Below, piece after piece: positions 45,541 through 55,397 of a DNA stretch of 64,000 nt. Where the stretch lies: NCBI GenBank assembly GCA_039818205.1, contig JBCBUK010000002.1:160001-224000 (forward strand), written 5' to 3'. A program made the position numbers and the translations under genes. The notes below the pieces were generated by a model. The model saw nothing but the letters and a program-made list of their open reading frames with translations, ran no database searches and had not been told where the DNA came from. This DNA is from Verrucomicrobiota bacterium. GTDB taxonomy: Bacteria; Verrucomicrobiota; Verrucomicrobiia; Opitutales; Cerasicoccaceae. The stretch's first letter is position 1. Each line of letters opens with the position of its first letter.

Positions 45541-47015
45541 ATTTTGAAGAAACTAGTTGGTTGCTTGTCATTCCCCTGGCTTTGGCGTTATTGGGCTGGC
45601 TATTCTATACCAACTCGCGGAGCCGCCGCGAGCTGGTGCGGAAGTTTGCTTCCGACCGTCTCGTTAAGCAGTTGCTCGCAAGCTACAGTCCGGCTCGCCG
45701 TAAGTTTAAGAATGGGCTGCTGATTGCTGCCGTGCTGCTGGTGCTTTTTGCCTTGGCTCGTCCGCAGTGGGGATTCAGCTGGCGTGAAACGAAGACGAAG
45801 GGCATCGATATCATGTTTGTTGTCGACGTCTCGCGTAGTATGCTGGCTCAGGACATTAAGCCCGATCGCTTGGAACGATCAAAGTTCGCGATTCTTGATT
45901 TTCTTGAGAAGCTGGAAGGGGACCGTGTTGGACTGGTGGCCTTTGCTGGGAATGCCTTTTTGCAGTGCCCGTTGACCTTGGACTACGACGCGTTTCGCCA
46001 GTCTTTGGAGGCGGTTGATACCAATGTGATTTCGCTCGGTGGAACCGATATCGCTCGAGCAATTACGGAGGCGGAGGCTGCATTTTCCGATGAAAACAAC
46101 CACAAGATTATGGTTCTGATCACCGACGGCGAAGACTTGGAAGAGGATGGAATCGCTCGGGCAAAAAAGGCCGCAGCCAATGGAGTGACGATCTACACGG
46201 TTGGTGTTGGAACCGCCGAGGGGGAGTTGATTCCAATGCGTGACAAGTTTGGCCGCCTTCAGTACCTTCGTGATGATAATGGCGAGTTCGTGAAGACGAA
46301 GCTCGACGCTGATACCTTGGCCGAGATTGCTCAGGTGACAGAGGGATTTTATACGCCGCTGGGCCCGACTGGATACGGACTCGAGGAGGTTTACGAAGCC
46401 GGGTTGGAAGCAGTTCCCGAGCAGGAGCTCGCCGCTAAGATGCAGAAGGTTTGGTTCGAGCGCTTCCAATGGCCGCTAGGCTTGGCAATCATTCTCCTGA
46501 TCTGGGAGCCGCTAATCGGAACTCGTCGAAGAGCTTTGCATCGCAGAGCAATGAGGGCTGGAGAACTGCCTCCACCCATACCAAAGCCAGTGAAGGCAGC
46601 AACCTGGTTGCTGTTAGGTGCGCTTTGTTGGGTTAGTGTTGGTGATTTGTCGGCTTCGGTTCGCCAAGGGGAACGATTGTTTCACCAAGGCGATTATGAT
46701 GGAGCCGCCGATGTTTTTCGTGAGGCGATTGAAGCCGATCCGCTCAATGCACGGGCCAGTTTCAATCTGGGCAACACGCTGCAAGTAATGGATGATTTTT
46801 CCGGTGCTCAGGAAGCTTATCTGCGAGCATTAGTAACAACCGATTTTGAACTGCAAGCGGATGCCTTTTACAATCTGGGATCGCTCCGCTATTTGCAGGG
46901 TGAAGAAAAGTTGGCAGACAATGATGTGCCTTCTCTCGTCAAGCAGAGCGATGAAGCAGTAGGTCGCAGCGATGATGTTTTGAGGGATGGTCGCAAAGAG
47001 GTTCGCGAAGTTTAA
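45537..47015 (+). CDS. batB: BatB-like VWA + TPR protein (N-terminal part of a probable BatB-BatC fusion, ends at in-frame TAA)
   Basis: ALARPQWG, DVSRS, ITDGED, ERFQWPL, then TPRs; the same frame continues after TAA 47013-47015. Confidence 0.85.
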   Translation: MNFEETSWLLVIPLALALLGWLFYTNSRSRRELVRKFASDRLVKQLLASYSPARRKFKNGLLIAAVLLVLFALARPQWGFSWRETKTKGIDIMFVVDVSRSMLAQDIKPDRLERSKFAILDFLEKLEGDRVGLVAFAGNAFLQCPLTLDYDAFRQSLEAVDTNVISLGGTDIARAITEAEAAFSDENNHKIMVLITDGEDLEEDGIARAKKAAANGVTIYTVGVGTAEGELIPMRDKFGRLQYLRDDNGEFVKTKLDADTLAEIAQVTEGFYTPLGPTGYGLEEVYEAGLEAVPEQELAAKMQKVWFERFQWPLGLAIILLIWEPLIGTRRRALHRRAMRAGELPPPIPKPVKAATWLLLGALCWVSVGDLSASVRQGERLFHQGDYDGAADVFREAIEADPLNARASFNLGNTLQVMDDFSGAQEAYLRALVTTDFELQADAFYNLGSLRYLQGEEKLADNDVPSLVKQSDEAVGRSDDVLRDGRKEVREV

Positions 47016-47048
47016 TCAGCTAAGGTAGCCGAGGGAGCGTTTTCTCAT

Positions 47049-48230
47049 TTGAGCGAACCTGATCAACGAGATCAGCAGAAGGCGATGGCGCGCGTTCAGA
47101 AGGTTCAGCAAGCGCTGCAGATGGCGGAGCAAGCAAAGTCTTTGACCGAAGAGGTGAAAGGAACGGGCGCTAGCACCCTTTCAGTTGGTAATCTAATTGA
47201 AGAAGCCTGGGCGCAATCGGCCCGTGATTTTCAAAGTTCGCTTGAATTGAATCCAATCGGTGATGACGCCGCCTATAATTTTAATTTTGTCAATGAACAG
47301 CTGGAGGCGTTGAAGCGGAACTTGCGGAAGCTGAAACAGGCGAACGAGCGACACGAGGAGAATATTCCGGCACTGGAAAAACTGATCGAGGAGTTGAAGG
47401 AACTGTTGGAACAAGATCAGCAGCAAAGCCAGCAAAACCAGGATCAGCAAAACCAGGATCAGCAACAGAACCAAGAACAACAGAGTCAGCAGAATCAGGA
47501 TCAGCAGCAGAGCCAAGATCAACAACAGAGCCAGCAGGATCAACAGCAACAAAGTCAGTCTTCGGATCAATCACAGCAACAAGATCAGCAAAACCAGCAA
47601 TCGCAGAATCAGGAGCAAGATCAGCAATCCGAAGGTTCTGAAGAACAGAATCAGGATGCGGATGAGCAGGAGGATTCTGAAGCTGGCCATGAAGAGCAAG
47701 AATCCGGGGAGTCCGAAAATCAAGAATCTGCTTCTGGTGAAGAGAGTGACCCCGAGCGTCAAGAGGGCGCATCGGATGGCGACGAGACTCAGGATGGTTC
47801 CGAGCAAGAGGGTGATGAATCGTCCAGTGACGACCGCGAAGGAGATTCTGATGAACAGAATGAAGGTCGGTTCAGCGAGGAACAGATCGACGATATGGTC
47901 GATTCGATGGAGGAGCAAGCCGAGTCGAGCGATGAAACTGCTTCAGGCGGTCAAGATAAGAGCCAGCAGAAGCAGGAACCAATGACTTTATCGGAAGAGG
48001 AAGCCGAGCAGGCTAAGAAAGAGATGGCCGCGAGCGTCGCTCAAGGCGGGGAAGCTGGCGAAGGTCAGGAAGGTGAACCCGGTGAGGGTCCGGTATTAGG
48101 CATTATGTCTCGCGAAGACGCTCGCCGCTTGTTGGAGTCGTTGAAAGGATCCGAGCGGAAGTTGCCGGTATCCGGATATGGCCGTCGGGAGTCTAATCGC
48201 GATGATGATGGCAAACGAAAGGATTGGTAG
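47049..48230 (+). CDS. BatC-like C-terminal part (TPR helix + Gln/acidic linker + MSREDARRLLESL...KDW end); probably part of the upstream ORF
   Basis: Same frame as batB, 11 sense codons after its stop, TTG start with no obvious RBS; FQSSLELNP..DDAAYN TPR helix. Confidence 0.65.
   Translation: MSEPDQRDQQKAMARVQKVQQALQMAEQAKSLTEEVKGTGASTLSVGNLIEEAWAQSARDFQSSLELNPIGDDAAYNFNFVNEQLEALKRNLRKLKQANERHEENIPALEKLIEELKELLEQDQQQSQQNQDQQNQDQQQNQEQQSQQNQDQQQSQDQQQSQQDQQQQSQSSDQSQQQDQQNQQSQNQEQDQQSEGSEEQNQDADEQEDSEAGHEEQESGESENQESASGEESDPERQEGASDGDETQDGSEQEGDESSSDDREGDSDEQNEGRFSEEQIDDMVDSMEEQAESSDETASGGQDKSQQKQEPMTLSEEEAEQAKKEMAASVAQGGEAGEGQEGEPGEGPVLGIMSREDARRLLESLKGSERKLPVSGYGRRESNRDDDGKRKDW
47410..47660 (+). 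repeat. CAG/CAA-rich imperfect coding repeat (QQQNQDQ-type units)
   Basis: Repeated CAGCAAAACCAGGAT/CAGCAAAGCCAG-like units encoding a Gln-rich tract. Confidence 0.8.
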
Positions 48231-48232
48231 TC

Positions 48233-50053
48233 ATGAAAGTCAGACAGTTTTCATTAGTGTTATTCGTTCTGTTGTCGGTTGGCGGCCTTGGCGCACAAGT
48301 CTCATCGAGCTCAAGTCCGGTCACCGCCCAAGCGCGCTTTGCTCCAAGTATTGTCAGGGCGGGCGAAGCAGCTCAGTTCGAACTCAGGCTGAGTAGCTCA
48401 AGCATCAGTCCTGCGTTAAGGGAACTCGAGTTGCCTGAGGTTCCGGGCTTAGAAATGCAGTATCGCCAAAATAGCTCCGGATCCGAGAACTACATGGGTC
48501 CACAAGGATTCAGGCAGATTGTTCACCGGTCCTATATCTTTCGGGTCGTTGCGGCTGAGCCCGGCGATTATACGCTGCCTGCATTCGAAGTCTATATTGG
48601 CGATATAACGGTCCAGGTGCCGGAGTCCTCTTTACGGGTATTGGAAGCCGCGGCTCCAACGACTCAGGGTGACTTGATTTTCGCTAAGCTGGAGTTTCCT
48701 CGAGAGCAGCATTACGTCGGAGAGGCGGTCCCGGCGAAGCTCAAATTAATTTATGATCCCGATCGCATTAAGGAGGTGCGTGCGGGAAGTAGCCGGCCGA
48801 TCCATGTTAAGGAGGGAGATGCGTTTACCGTGGGTGATTTCGTCAATGAGAAGATCGAGGCTACCGAGCACGAAGGGCAGATCATGAACCAGCTTAGCTG
48901 GGACGTTCTTGTAACTCCTCTCAAGACTGGTCCACAGCCATTGGTCGTTCAATTGGATTTAGTGGTGGCAACGAAATCCGCGCAGGGCTCGGCTAGAAAC
49001 GATCGGTTCATGCCCATGTTTGGAGGATCGCTTTTCGGTCCGAGGTATAATCGCGAGCGGGTCAGTATCTACACCGATGATGAGCTCGATGTTGCCCCAC
49101 TGCCTACCGAAAATAAACCCGACGACTTTGCCGGCGGCATTGGCATGTTCACGGTGGGCGCGCCTGTGCTATCCGACTCCGAAACCATGGCCGGTGAGCC
49201 GATCACCATGACTTTGGTAATCCGAGGGCAGGGCAATTTTGATCGGATGGAAGCTCCGGTCCTTGCCATGAGTGATGATTGGCGAGACTATCCGCCTGAG
49301 TCGTCCTTCCAACCGTCTGGCGAGCTTGGGTTTACCGGAGTGAAAACCTTCGAGTACACACTGATCCCTCGAACTCCGGGCGAGTTTGAAACGCCTGAGG
49401 TGCAGTTCAATTTCTTCGATCCTGAGTCAGCCCAGTACGTTGAGCTCCCGATCGCGGGTAAGTCGGTCACGATTATTCCAAACCCGGATGCGAAACGGCC
49501 GATTGCATCGAACCGCAATCGCTTAAGTGCGCGGGGCGGTCCAGAGCTGTTGCCAATTGCCGTAAGCACGGGCTCGTTCGTTCAAGCCATTCGTCCGGTG
49601 GTTACTCATCCGGCTTTTCTCGGAGCCCAGATCATCCCGGCGTTGCTGCTCGGGTATGTTGTGTTGCGGCGGCGCAAGGAGATTCGTTTGGAGACGGATG
49701 CCGTCTACGCGCGGCGACTTAAGTCCGACCGTGCGATGGCTGCAGCAATTGAGTCTGCCCAGAATGCGGCCGAGAAAAAAGATATCCAAGCTCTATACTC
49801 TGCAGCGCAAAGCGGAATTCAGGCGGCCGCCGGCCGCCATGTGGAAGCCGCTCCGGAATCCATGACCGAATCGGAGGTCGATGCTATCGCTGAATCGCGC
49901 GGTTTGACCGACGAGCAGCGACAAACGCTCCGGTCCTTTTTCGAAGCCTCAGATGCCATTCGCTTTGGCGGGATTGGCGGCAGCACAATCAATTTTACCG
50001 ATGAGCTCCGCAGGCTCGAGGCAATCATCAAGCAACTAGGAGGGGACGAATGA
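48233..50053 (+). CDS. batD: BatD family protein
   Basis: Signal peptide, PGDYTLP, YVGEAV, F.GGIG.F, GQGN, KTFEYTLIP..PG.F..P...FNFFDP and a C-terminal TM; position in operon. Confidence 0.85.
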   Translation: MKVRQFSLVLFVLLSVGGLGAQVSSSSSPVTAQARFAPSIVRAGEAAQFELRLSSSSISPALRELELPEVPGLEMQYRQNSSGSENYMGPQGFRQIVHRSYIFRVVAAEPGDYTLPAFEVYIGDITVQVPESSLRVLEAAAPTTQGDLIFAKLEFPREQHYVGEAVPAKLKLIYDPDRIKEVRAGSSRPIHVKEGDAFTVGDFVNEKIEATEHEGQIMNQLSWDVLVTPLKTGPQPLVVQLDLVVATKSAQGSARNDRFMPMFGGSLFGPRYNRERVSIYTDDELDVAPLPTENKPDDFAGGIGMFTVGAPVLSDSETMAGEPITMTLVIRGQGNFDRMEAPVLAMSDDWRDYPPESSFQPSGELGFTGVKTFEYTLIPRTPGEFETPEVQFNFFDPESAQYVELPIAGKSVTIIPNPDAKRPIASNRNRLSARGGPELLPIAVSTGSFVQAIRPVVTHPAFLGAQIIPALLLGYVVLRRRKEIRLETDAVYARRLKSDRAMAAAIESAQNAAEKKDIQALYSAAQSGIQAAAGRHVEAAPESMTESEVDAIAESRGLTDEQRQTLRSFFEASDAIRFGGIGGSTINFTDELRRLEAIIKQLGGDE

Positions 50054-50784
50054 AAACCTTATTGAGCATCGGACTGTTTTTGATTTCAGCACTTGGGCTA
50101 TCCGCCGCTGTTTCAAATCCTCAATCTATCTTTGAGGAGGCCAACACGTTCTATGGCAATGGCGAGTATACGGAAGCCATTGAAGCCTACCAACAGCTGA
50201 TCCCCGAACATCAGTCGGCGAATATTCACTACAACATGGGCAACGCCTACTATCGGCTCGGTGAGTTTGGTCCGGCGATATTGCACTTTGAGAAGGCACT
50301 TGCGCTGGATCCGCGGAATCCCGATATCCGGGCCAATCTAGAATTAACGCAGGAGGCTGCGGAAGTGATTCCGACATCACATAGTTGGGCAAACGGTTTG
50401 TCTGATCGATTCTCGGCCAATACGTGGGCTTGGTTGGCAGTTACAAGCTTTTGGGCCTCGCTTGGGTTGATTATTCTGGCACCTCTTTACCGCTGGCGTG
50501 GACCGATGCGAGGCGGAGTCACTTCGCTCGCTCTCGTCGTGCTGGTCGTCAGCTGTATCGGCCTATATGGCTGGCACGTTCGGGCTGGATACGGCGTTGT
50601 TCTCTCGGATGATGCGCGCCTTTCGGTCGCTCCTACCTCTTCGAGTCCAGCTGCCGGAACCGTTAAGGCTGGTGAGATGGCGAAAATTACCCAAAGCCAT
50701 GGAGATTATTACCTCGTGCGGATCGGATCTGACAAGGTTGGCTGGTTGCCGAAGGCTCAGTTTTCGCCGGTGTGGGATTCCTGA
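50050..50784 (+). CDS. batE: BatE-like TPR + TM + SH3 protein
   Basis: FEEAN..Y..GEY..AI..Y, YNMGNAYYRLG..G.AILHFEKAL.LDP, two TMs, C-terminal VGWL SH3b-like. Confidence 0.85.
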   Translation: MKTLLSIGLFLISALGLSAAVSNPQSIFEEANTFYGNGEYTEAIEAYQQLIPEHQSANIHYNMGNAYYRLGEFGPAILHFEKALALDPRNPDIRANLELTQEAAEVIPTSHSWANGLSDRFSANTWAWLAVTSFWASLGLIILAPLYRWRGPMRGGVTSLALVVLVVSCIGLYGWHVRAGYGVVLSDDARLSVAPTSSSPAAGTVKAGEMAKITQSHGDYYLVRIGSDKVGWLPKAQFSPVWDS

Positions 50785-50800
50785 CCGGTTGTTGGGCAAA

Positions 50801-51727
50801 CTAGGGCCAAAGCCAGTAAAGATAGCCACCATAGATCGAGAACAAAACCAGCCCCTCAATTCTGGAGATGCTGCGGTCGGTAAAAGCGAGAGGAAGGAGA
50901 ATGATGCTGGAGCCCAGCATGAAGGCGCCATCAATAAAGCTGATCCCGGTCGTGTCGATTGGCCTGACTGCGGCCGTGCTGCCGAGAATGAGCAGAATAT
51001 TGAAAATGTTGGATCCGACTATGTTGCCGACGGCTATATCGGTCTGACGCTTCAGGGCGGCGACAATACTCGTTGCTAATTCGGGCAAGCTAGTGCCTGC
51101 CGCAATAATGGTTAGGCCGATTACGGCTTCGCTGATGCCCAATTTAGCCGCAATGCCTACGGCGCCCGCCACAAACATTTCGGCACCCCATACGAGGACC
51201 CCTAGGCCAGCGATCACGAACACAATATCTCTCCAGAGTGGCCCTTCGGGTTTGGGCGTTACGTCGAATAGTTTGGTATTTTCCTTGGATTCTTTGCGGG
51301 CTAGGCGGAGCGTAAAAATGATATAGCCTCCCAGGAGGAGAAGGAGTAGGAAACCGACCCATCGAGGAACTAGATCAAAGCCAATTAGCCCAAAGCCGAT
51401 CAGCGATATGCCGATCATTATAGGAATGTCGCGTTTTAGCAGATTCACGTGGATGCTGAGTGGGTGAATGATCGAAGAAAGTGCCAAGATCACCACGATA
51501 TTAAACACGTTGGAGCCGATGACGTTTCCGAACGACACAGCACCCATTCCCTGTAGTGACGCCGTTAAGCTAACGGTCAACTCCGGTGCGCTGGTGCCAA
51601 AGGCAACCACGGTCAATCCGACCACAAGTGGAGAAATCCCTGCACGGATCGATAGATTCGTGCTCCCACGAACGAGCGCCTCGGCTCCGAAATAAAGCAA
51701 CAGAATCCCAACTACAATTTGCAGCAT
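50801..51727 (-). CDS. Calcium/sodium antiporter (YrbG/CaCA family)
   Basis: Two alpha repeats: GLTVVAFGTSAPE..GNVIGSN and GLTIIAAGTSLPE..GNIVGSN. Confidence 0.93.
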   Translation of the reverse strand: MLQIVVGILLLYFGAEALVRGSTNLSIRAGISPLVVGLTVVAFGTSAPELTVSLTASLQGMGAVSFGNVIGSNVFNIVVILALSSIIHPLSIHVNLLKRDIPIMIGISLIGFGLIGFDLVPRWVGFLLLLLLGGYIIFTLRLARKESKENTKLFDVTPKPEGPLWRDIVFVIAGLGVLVWGAEMFVAGAVGIAAKLGISEAVIGLTIIAAGTSLPELATSIVAALKRQTDIAVGNIVGSNIFNILLILGSTAAVRPIDTTGISFIDGAFMLGSSIILLPLAFTDRSISRIEGLVLFSIYGGYLYWLWP

Positions 51728-51900
51728 CGGCGGCAAACTGGCAGATTGGGGAACTTATGTCCAGCCTAGCGATGATGTCGGTACGCCAGCTAGGAGTCGA
51801 TCAATGGCGTTCTTTGATTAAGTCGTAGAAAGGAATGGCCTTCGTTAGAGGTGGCCGGGGTAGTAGGGTTTTCGGAAATTAACCTAGTGAAAACGGTAGA

Positions 51901-51933
51901 CAAAAATACCCACCGAATTACTCGGTGGGTATT
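51901..51933 (-). terminator. Rho-independent terminator after the desaturase gene
   Basis: AATACCCACCGA-ATTAC-TCGGTGGGTATT perfect 12-bp stem with a T-run on the minus strand. Confidence 0.8.
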
Positions 51934-51954
51934 CCTCCGGAAATAAAAGTCTAC

Positions 51955-53091
51955 CTAGATGGCAATTGGCTGGACGCCTGGGAGCTTTTCAAGGTGTTCG
52001 AGGGTCGCTCGGACTTCGCGCCGCAACTCGTTTACCTTGCTCTTCGAAAACTCGACGCGATCACGAACGGACTTTTCCAACTGGTAATACTTCGTTGCGA
52101 AGTCCTCCTGAGCGTCGTGGAGGCGATCCAGGGTCAGTTGAATATTGTGGCTAAGCTGTTCGCGTAGAGCAGGTTGCAGCTTATACGGGGCAAGACCGTG
52201 CTCGATGCGGTTACGCGCTTCGGTAAGTTCAGCCAAAAGAATTTTTGCATCAGATACTTCGCGGAGATGAGACGTTAGGCCAATTTTGGACAGCACGTAG
52301 ATGGTCCATTTGGTTGGGTCAAACTGCCAAGGCTTCACGCCGTTGCGGTAGTCGTGCTGAAACTCGTGGTGGTAGTTGTGGTAGCCCTCACCGAAAGTGA
52401 AGAGTGCCATGAACCAGCTGTCGCGTGCGCTGTGCTTGGTCGAGTATGGCTGGTTACCGACATAGTGGCAGGCCGAGTTAATAAAGAACGTTGCGTGCTG
52501 AACGACAACGGTGCGCAGGACACCAGCGATCAAGAATGTCCCCAATGCACCGATCCAGGTACCGTAGTAAGCATATCCGATTGCGGTCGGCAGGACGAAA
52601 CCGACAACGAAAGCTATTAGGTGGATGTAATTATGCTGCCAGACAACCATCGGGTCCTTGCGGAGGTCATTGATATTGTCCTGCGGTGGCTCGGGTTTGA
52701 GCTTGAAAAGAAGCCATCCAACGTGGGCGTAAAAGAAACCCTTGTTGATATTATAGGGGTCATCGTCGTGGTCGACGTGCTTGTGGTGGCGGCGGTGGTC
52801 GCTGCACCAGTCCATAATTGAATTTTCCCAAGCCGCTGCACCAAAGAGCGTTACGAACAAGCGCACTGGCCATTTCGCCTTAAAGGACAGGTGGGAGAAC
52901 AGGCGGTGGTAGCCCATGGTGATGCTCAGGCCCGTCGCGCAACAGAAGAAGAGAAACATCGCTACCTGGAACCAATCGATGCCAAAAGTAATGATATACC
53001 AAGGAACGGCAGTTAATGAGGTAATGAGGGTACCGCTTAGAAAAAAGAAGGTGATCCACTCGACGCGGTCGAAAGGGATGTTTTTAAACAT
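51955..53091 (-). CDS. Delta-9 acyl-CoA/acyl-lipid desaturase
   Basis: His boxes HRLFSH, HRRHH and HNYHH; INSACH, GEGYHN and DPTKW. Confidence 0.93.
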   Translation of the reverse strand: MFKNIPFDRVEWITFFFLSGTLITSLTAVPWYIITFGIDWFQVAMFLFFCCATGLSITMGYHRLFSHLSFKAKWPVRLFVTLFGAAAWENSIMDWCSDHRRHHKHVDHDDDPYNINKGFFYAHVGWLLFKLKPEPPQDNINDLRKDPMVVWQHNYIHLIAFVVGFVLPTAIGYAYYGTWIGALGTFLIAGVLRTVVVQHATFFINSACHYVGNQPYSTKHSARDSWFMALFTFGEGYHNYHHEFQHDYRNGVKPWQFDPTKWTIYVLSKIGLTSHLREVSDAKILLAELTEARNRIEHGLAPYKLQPALREQLSHNIQLTLDRLHDAQEDFATKYYQLEKSVRDRVEFSKSKVNELRREVRATLEHLEKLPGVQPIAI

Positions 53092-53266
53092 GTATGAAAC
53101 TTCTGGTCGGGGGGCGCCTTGTTTTTCGATGCCGAATCGGAATCCTGACAAGGAGCGAGTTTTGGTTCAGTTGCATGGGTCGCTTATCCACACGAGGAGA
53201 AAACAATGCGGAATTTTTGTTCCAAGGCAATAGTGGATAGTAGGTTCAGTACTTTAATAAGCGTTG

Positions 53267-53776
53267 CTATAGTCGAAGCATTAATCGCTGATGCGGGAGG
53301 GCAACTCCGTCTCGGAGTAGATCCTTGGACTTACCCCGCTCGAGACTAAAACCATGACGACTGTAAAAGCGAACGGCTCGGCGGTTTTCTTTGAGCACCC
53401 AGAGCACTACGCTCTGAGCATCCGTTTCAATTATGGAATTCAATGAAGATTGCCAAAGCTCTGATCCATAACCATTTCCCCAATATTCCTGAAGCAAATA
53501 GATGCCATAGAGTTCGGCTACCTTGTTCGGATTCAAGTCCTCATCGCGAGCTTTGCCGAATGCGGACCAACCGATGATTCTGCTTTCTAATTCCAGAACC
53601 AGATTCTGCCGGCATTGGGATTCGAGGATGCGCTGCCACATCTCTTCTCGCTCACCAACATCTAAGTTGTCGAGTAACCGTTGTGGCATGATGCCGCGAT
53701 AGGCCGAGCGCCACGATTGGACGTGGATTTCAGCAATCGATCTCGCGTCTCGGATTTCTGGCGTGCGGACTTTCAC
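53267..53776 (-). CDS. GNAT family N-acetyltransferase
   Basis: IAEIHVQSWRSAYRG, ELYGIYL..YWGNGYG, LWVLKEN.RA.RFY..GF; GTG start with GGGGAG RBS. Confidence 0.88.
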   Translation of the reverse strand: MKVRTPEIRDARSIAEIHVQSWRSAYRGIMPQRLLDNLDVGEREEMWQRILESQCRQNLVLELESRIIGWSAFGKARDEDLNPNKVAELYGIYLLQEYWGNGYGSELWQSSLNSIIETDAQSVVLWVLKENRRAVRFYSRHGFSLERGKSKDLLRDGVALPHQRLMLRL

Positions 53777-53796
53777 CCGAGCTCCCCCTGTATTTC

Positions 53797-55059
53797 TTAG
53801 GCTGGGCGCTGGAAAATGATGGTCGCGTTGTGACCGCCGAATCCGAGATTGTTGCTCATTGTCACGTCTACCGATTGTCCGGTGCGAGCCTCATTGGGCA
53901 CGTAGTCCAGATCGCAGTCTGGGTCCGGAGTTTCGTAGTTGATCGTGGGCGGAACAATACCGGTTTCGATGACCTTCGCGCAGATGGCAGCTTCGATTCC
54001 GCCGGCGGCACCGAGTAGGTGGCCAGTCATCGATTTGGTGCTGCTCACTGGGATCTTGTATGCGTAGTCGCCAAATACCTTTTTAATCGCAAGTGTCTCG
54101 AACTTGTCGTTGTAGGGGGTCGAGGTGCCGTGGGCGTTGATATAGTCCACCGCAGTTGGCTCGAGATCCGCCATTTTTAGGGCACGTTTCAACGCAACCG
54201 ACAAGCCTTCGCCTTCAGGATCCGGGCTGGTGATGTGGAATGCATCACAGGTTGCGGCATAGCCCGACAGTTCGCAGTAAATTTTTGCTCCTCGGGCCTT
54301 CGCGTGCTCCTCACTTTCGAGAACCAAAACGCCAGAGCCGTCGCCCATGATGAATCCATCGCGAGCCGCGTCAAATGGACGGCTGGCCCGCTGGGGGTCG
54401 TCATTGAAATTCGTGCTCATGGCTTTCATATTGCAGAAGCCCGCGTAGCCCACCTGAGTAATCGCGGCCTCGGAACCACCAGCGATCATCACATCAGCGT
54501 CACCGCGCATGATCATGTGAGCGGCTTCGCCGAGAGCATGGGTTGCCGTGGAGCAGGCGCTCACAACAGCAAAATTGGGTCCCTTCGCCTTGATGTCGAT
54601 CGCGAGCACGCCGGAAGCGATGTTGGCAATCAGGGAAGGAATCATGAATGGGGAAACGCGACGTGGTCCCTTTTCTTTCAGGCGCCAAGCCTGTTCCTGG
54701 ACGGTTTCCAAGCCACCGATACCCGATCCAATCAGAACGCCGACCCGGTAAGGGTCTTCGGCAGCCATATCGAGTTTGGCATCAGCCATGGCCTGTTTGC
54801 CCGCGCCCATGGTGTAATGCACGTAGCGGTCATTGCGCTTTACGTCCTTACCCTCGTTGAAGTAGGGCATCGGGTCGTAGTCGATGACTTCGGCACCAAT
54901 TTTACAGGCATAGTCCGTCGTGTCGAAGGTCTCCAGCTTGCGAATGCCGCTGCGACCTGCGATGATGCCGTTCCAGAAATCTTCGGTTGAGTTGCCGAGG
55001 GCATGGACAACACCTATGCCCGTGACAACAACCTTCTTTTGTGAGCGTCCGTCACTCAT
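53797..55059 (-). CDS. fabF: 3-oxoacyl-ACP synthase II
   Basis: VVVTGIG, SACST, SRPFD..RDGF, INAHGTST, KSMTGHLLGAAG and GFGGHN. Confidence 0.96.
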   Translation of the reverse strand: MSDGRSQKKVVVTGIGVVHALGNSTEDFWNGIIAGRSGIRKLETFDTTDYACKIGAEVIDYDPMPYFNEGKDVKRNDRYVHYTMGAGKQAMADAKLDMAAEDPYRVGVLIGSGIGGLETVQEQAWRLKEKGPRRVSPFMIPSLIANIASGVLAIDIKAKGPNFAVVSACSTATHALGEAAHMIMRGDADVMIAGGSEAAITQVGYAGFCNMKAMSTNFNDDPQRASRPFDAARDGFIMGDGSGVLVLESEEHAKARGAKIYCELSGYAATCDAFHITSPDPEGEGLSVALKRALKMADLEPTAVDYINAHGTSTPYNDKFETLAIKKVFGDYAYKIPVSSTKSMTGHLLGAAGGIEAAICAKVIETGIVPPTINYETPDPDCDLDYVPNEARTGQSVDVTMSNNLGFGGHNATIIFQRPA

Positions 55060-55103
55060 GATTTGCGAATGGGAGGGCAGTGAGCCCCAGAATTGAAAGC
55101 AGC

Positions 55104-55361
55104 TTAGCTGCCGGACTTTTCCTTGATGTAGGAAATGACGTTGCCGACGGTTTGAAGCTTTTCGGCATCCGACTCAGGAATTTCACCCTGAATCTCATCC
55201 TTAAATTCTTCTTCGAAGGCCATAACGAGCTCGACGGTGTCGAGCGAGTCGGCGCCAAGGTCGTCCAAAAAGGACGCTTCTGGAGTCACCTGCTCTTCAT
55301 TTACGTTGAGCTGGTTGACGATGATTTCTTTTACGCGATCTTCGATGCTTTTGTCCGACAT
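55104..55361 (-). CDS. acpP: Acyl carrier protein
   Basis: [20 protein letters not shown] phosphopantetheine motif. Confidence 0.97.
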   Translation of the reverse strand: MSDKSIEDRVKEIIVNQLNVNEEQVTPEASFLDDLGADSLDTVELVMAFEEEFKDEIQGEIPESDAEKLQTVGNVISYIKEKSGS

Positions 55362-55397
55362 TTTACGGGAATTCTATGGATTAAAGGGTAGAGTTGT

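Noticed and set aside
47410..47660. CRISPR-like or mobile tandem repeat
   Set aside because: Imperfect in-frame codon repeats encoding poly-Gln; no constant repeat with unique spacers and no cas genes
51737..51900. yybP-ykoY (Mn2+) riboswitch upstream of the Ca/Na antiporter
   Set aside because: The conserved GGGGAGUA-type core is not present on the coding (minus) strand
53184..53240. Replication origin suggested by a DnaA box
   Set aside because: Only one perfect box in a short spacer; no box cluster, unwinding element or dnaA/dnaN nearby
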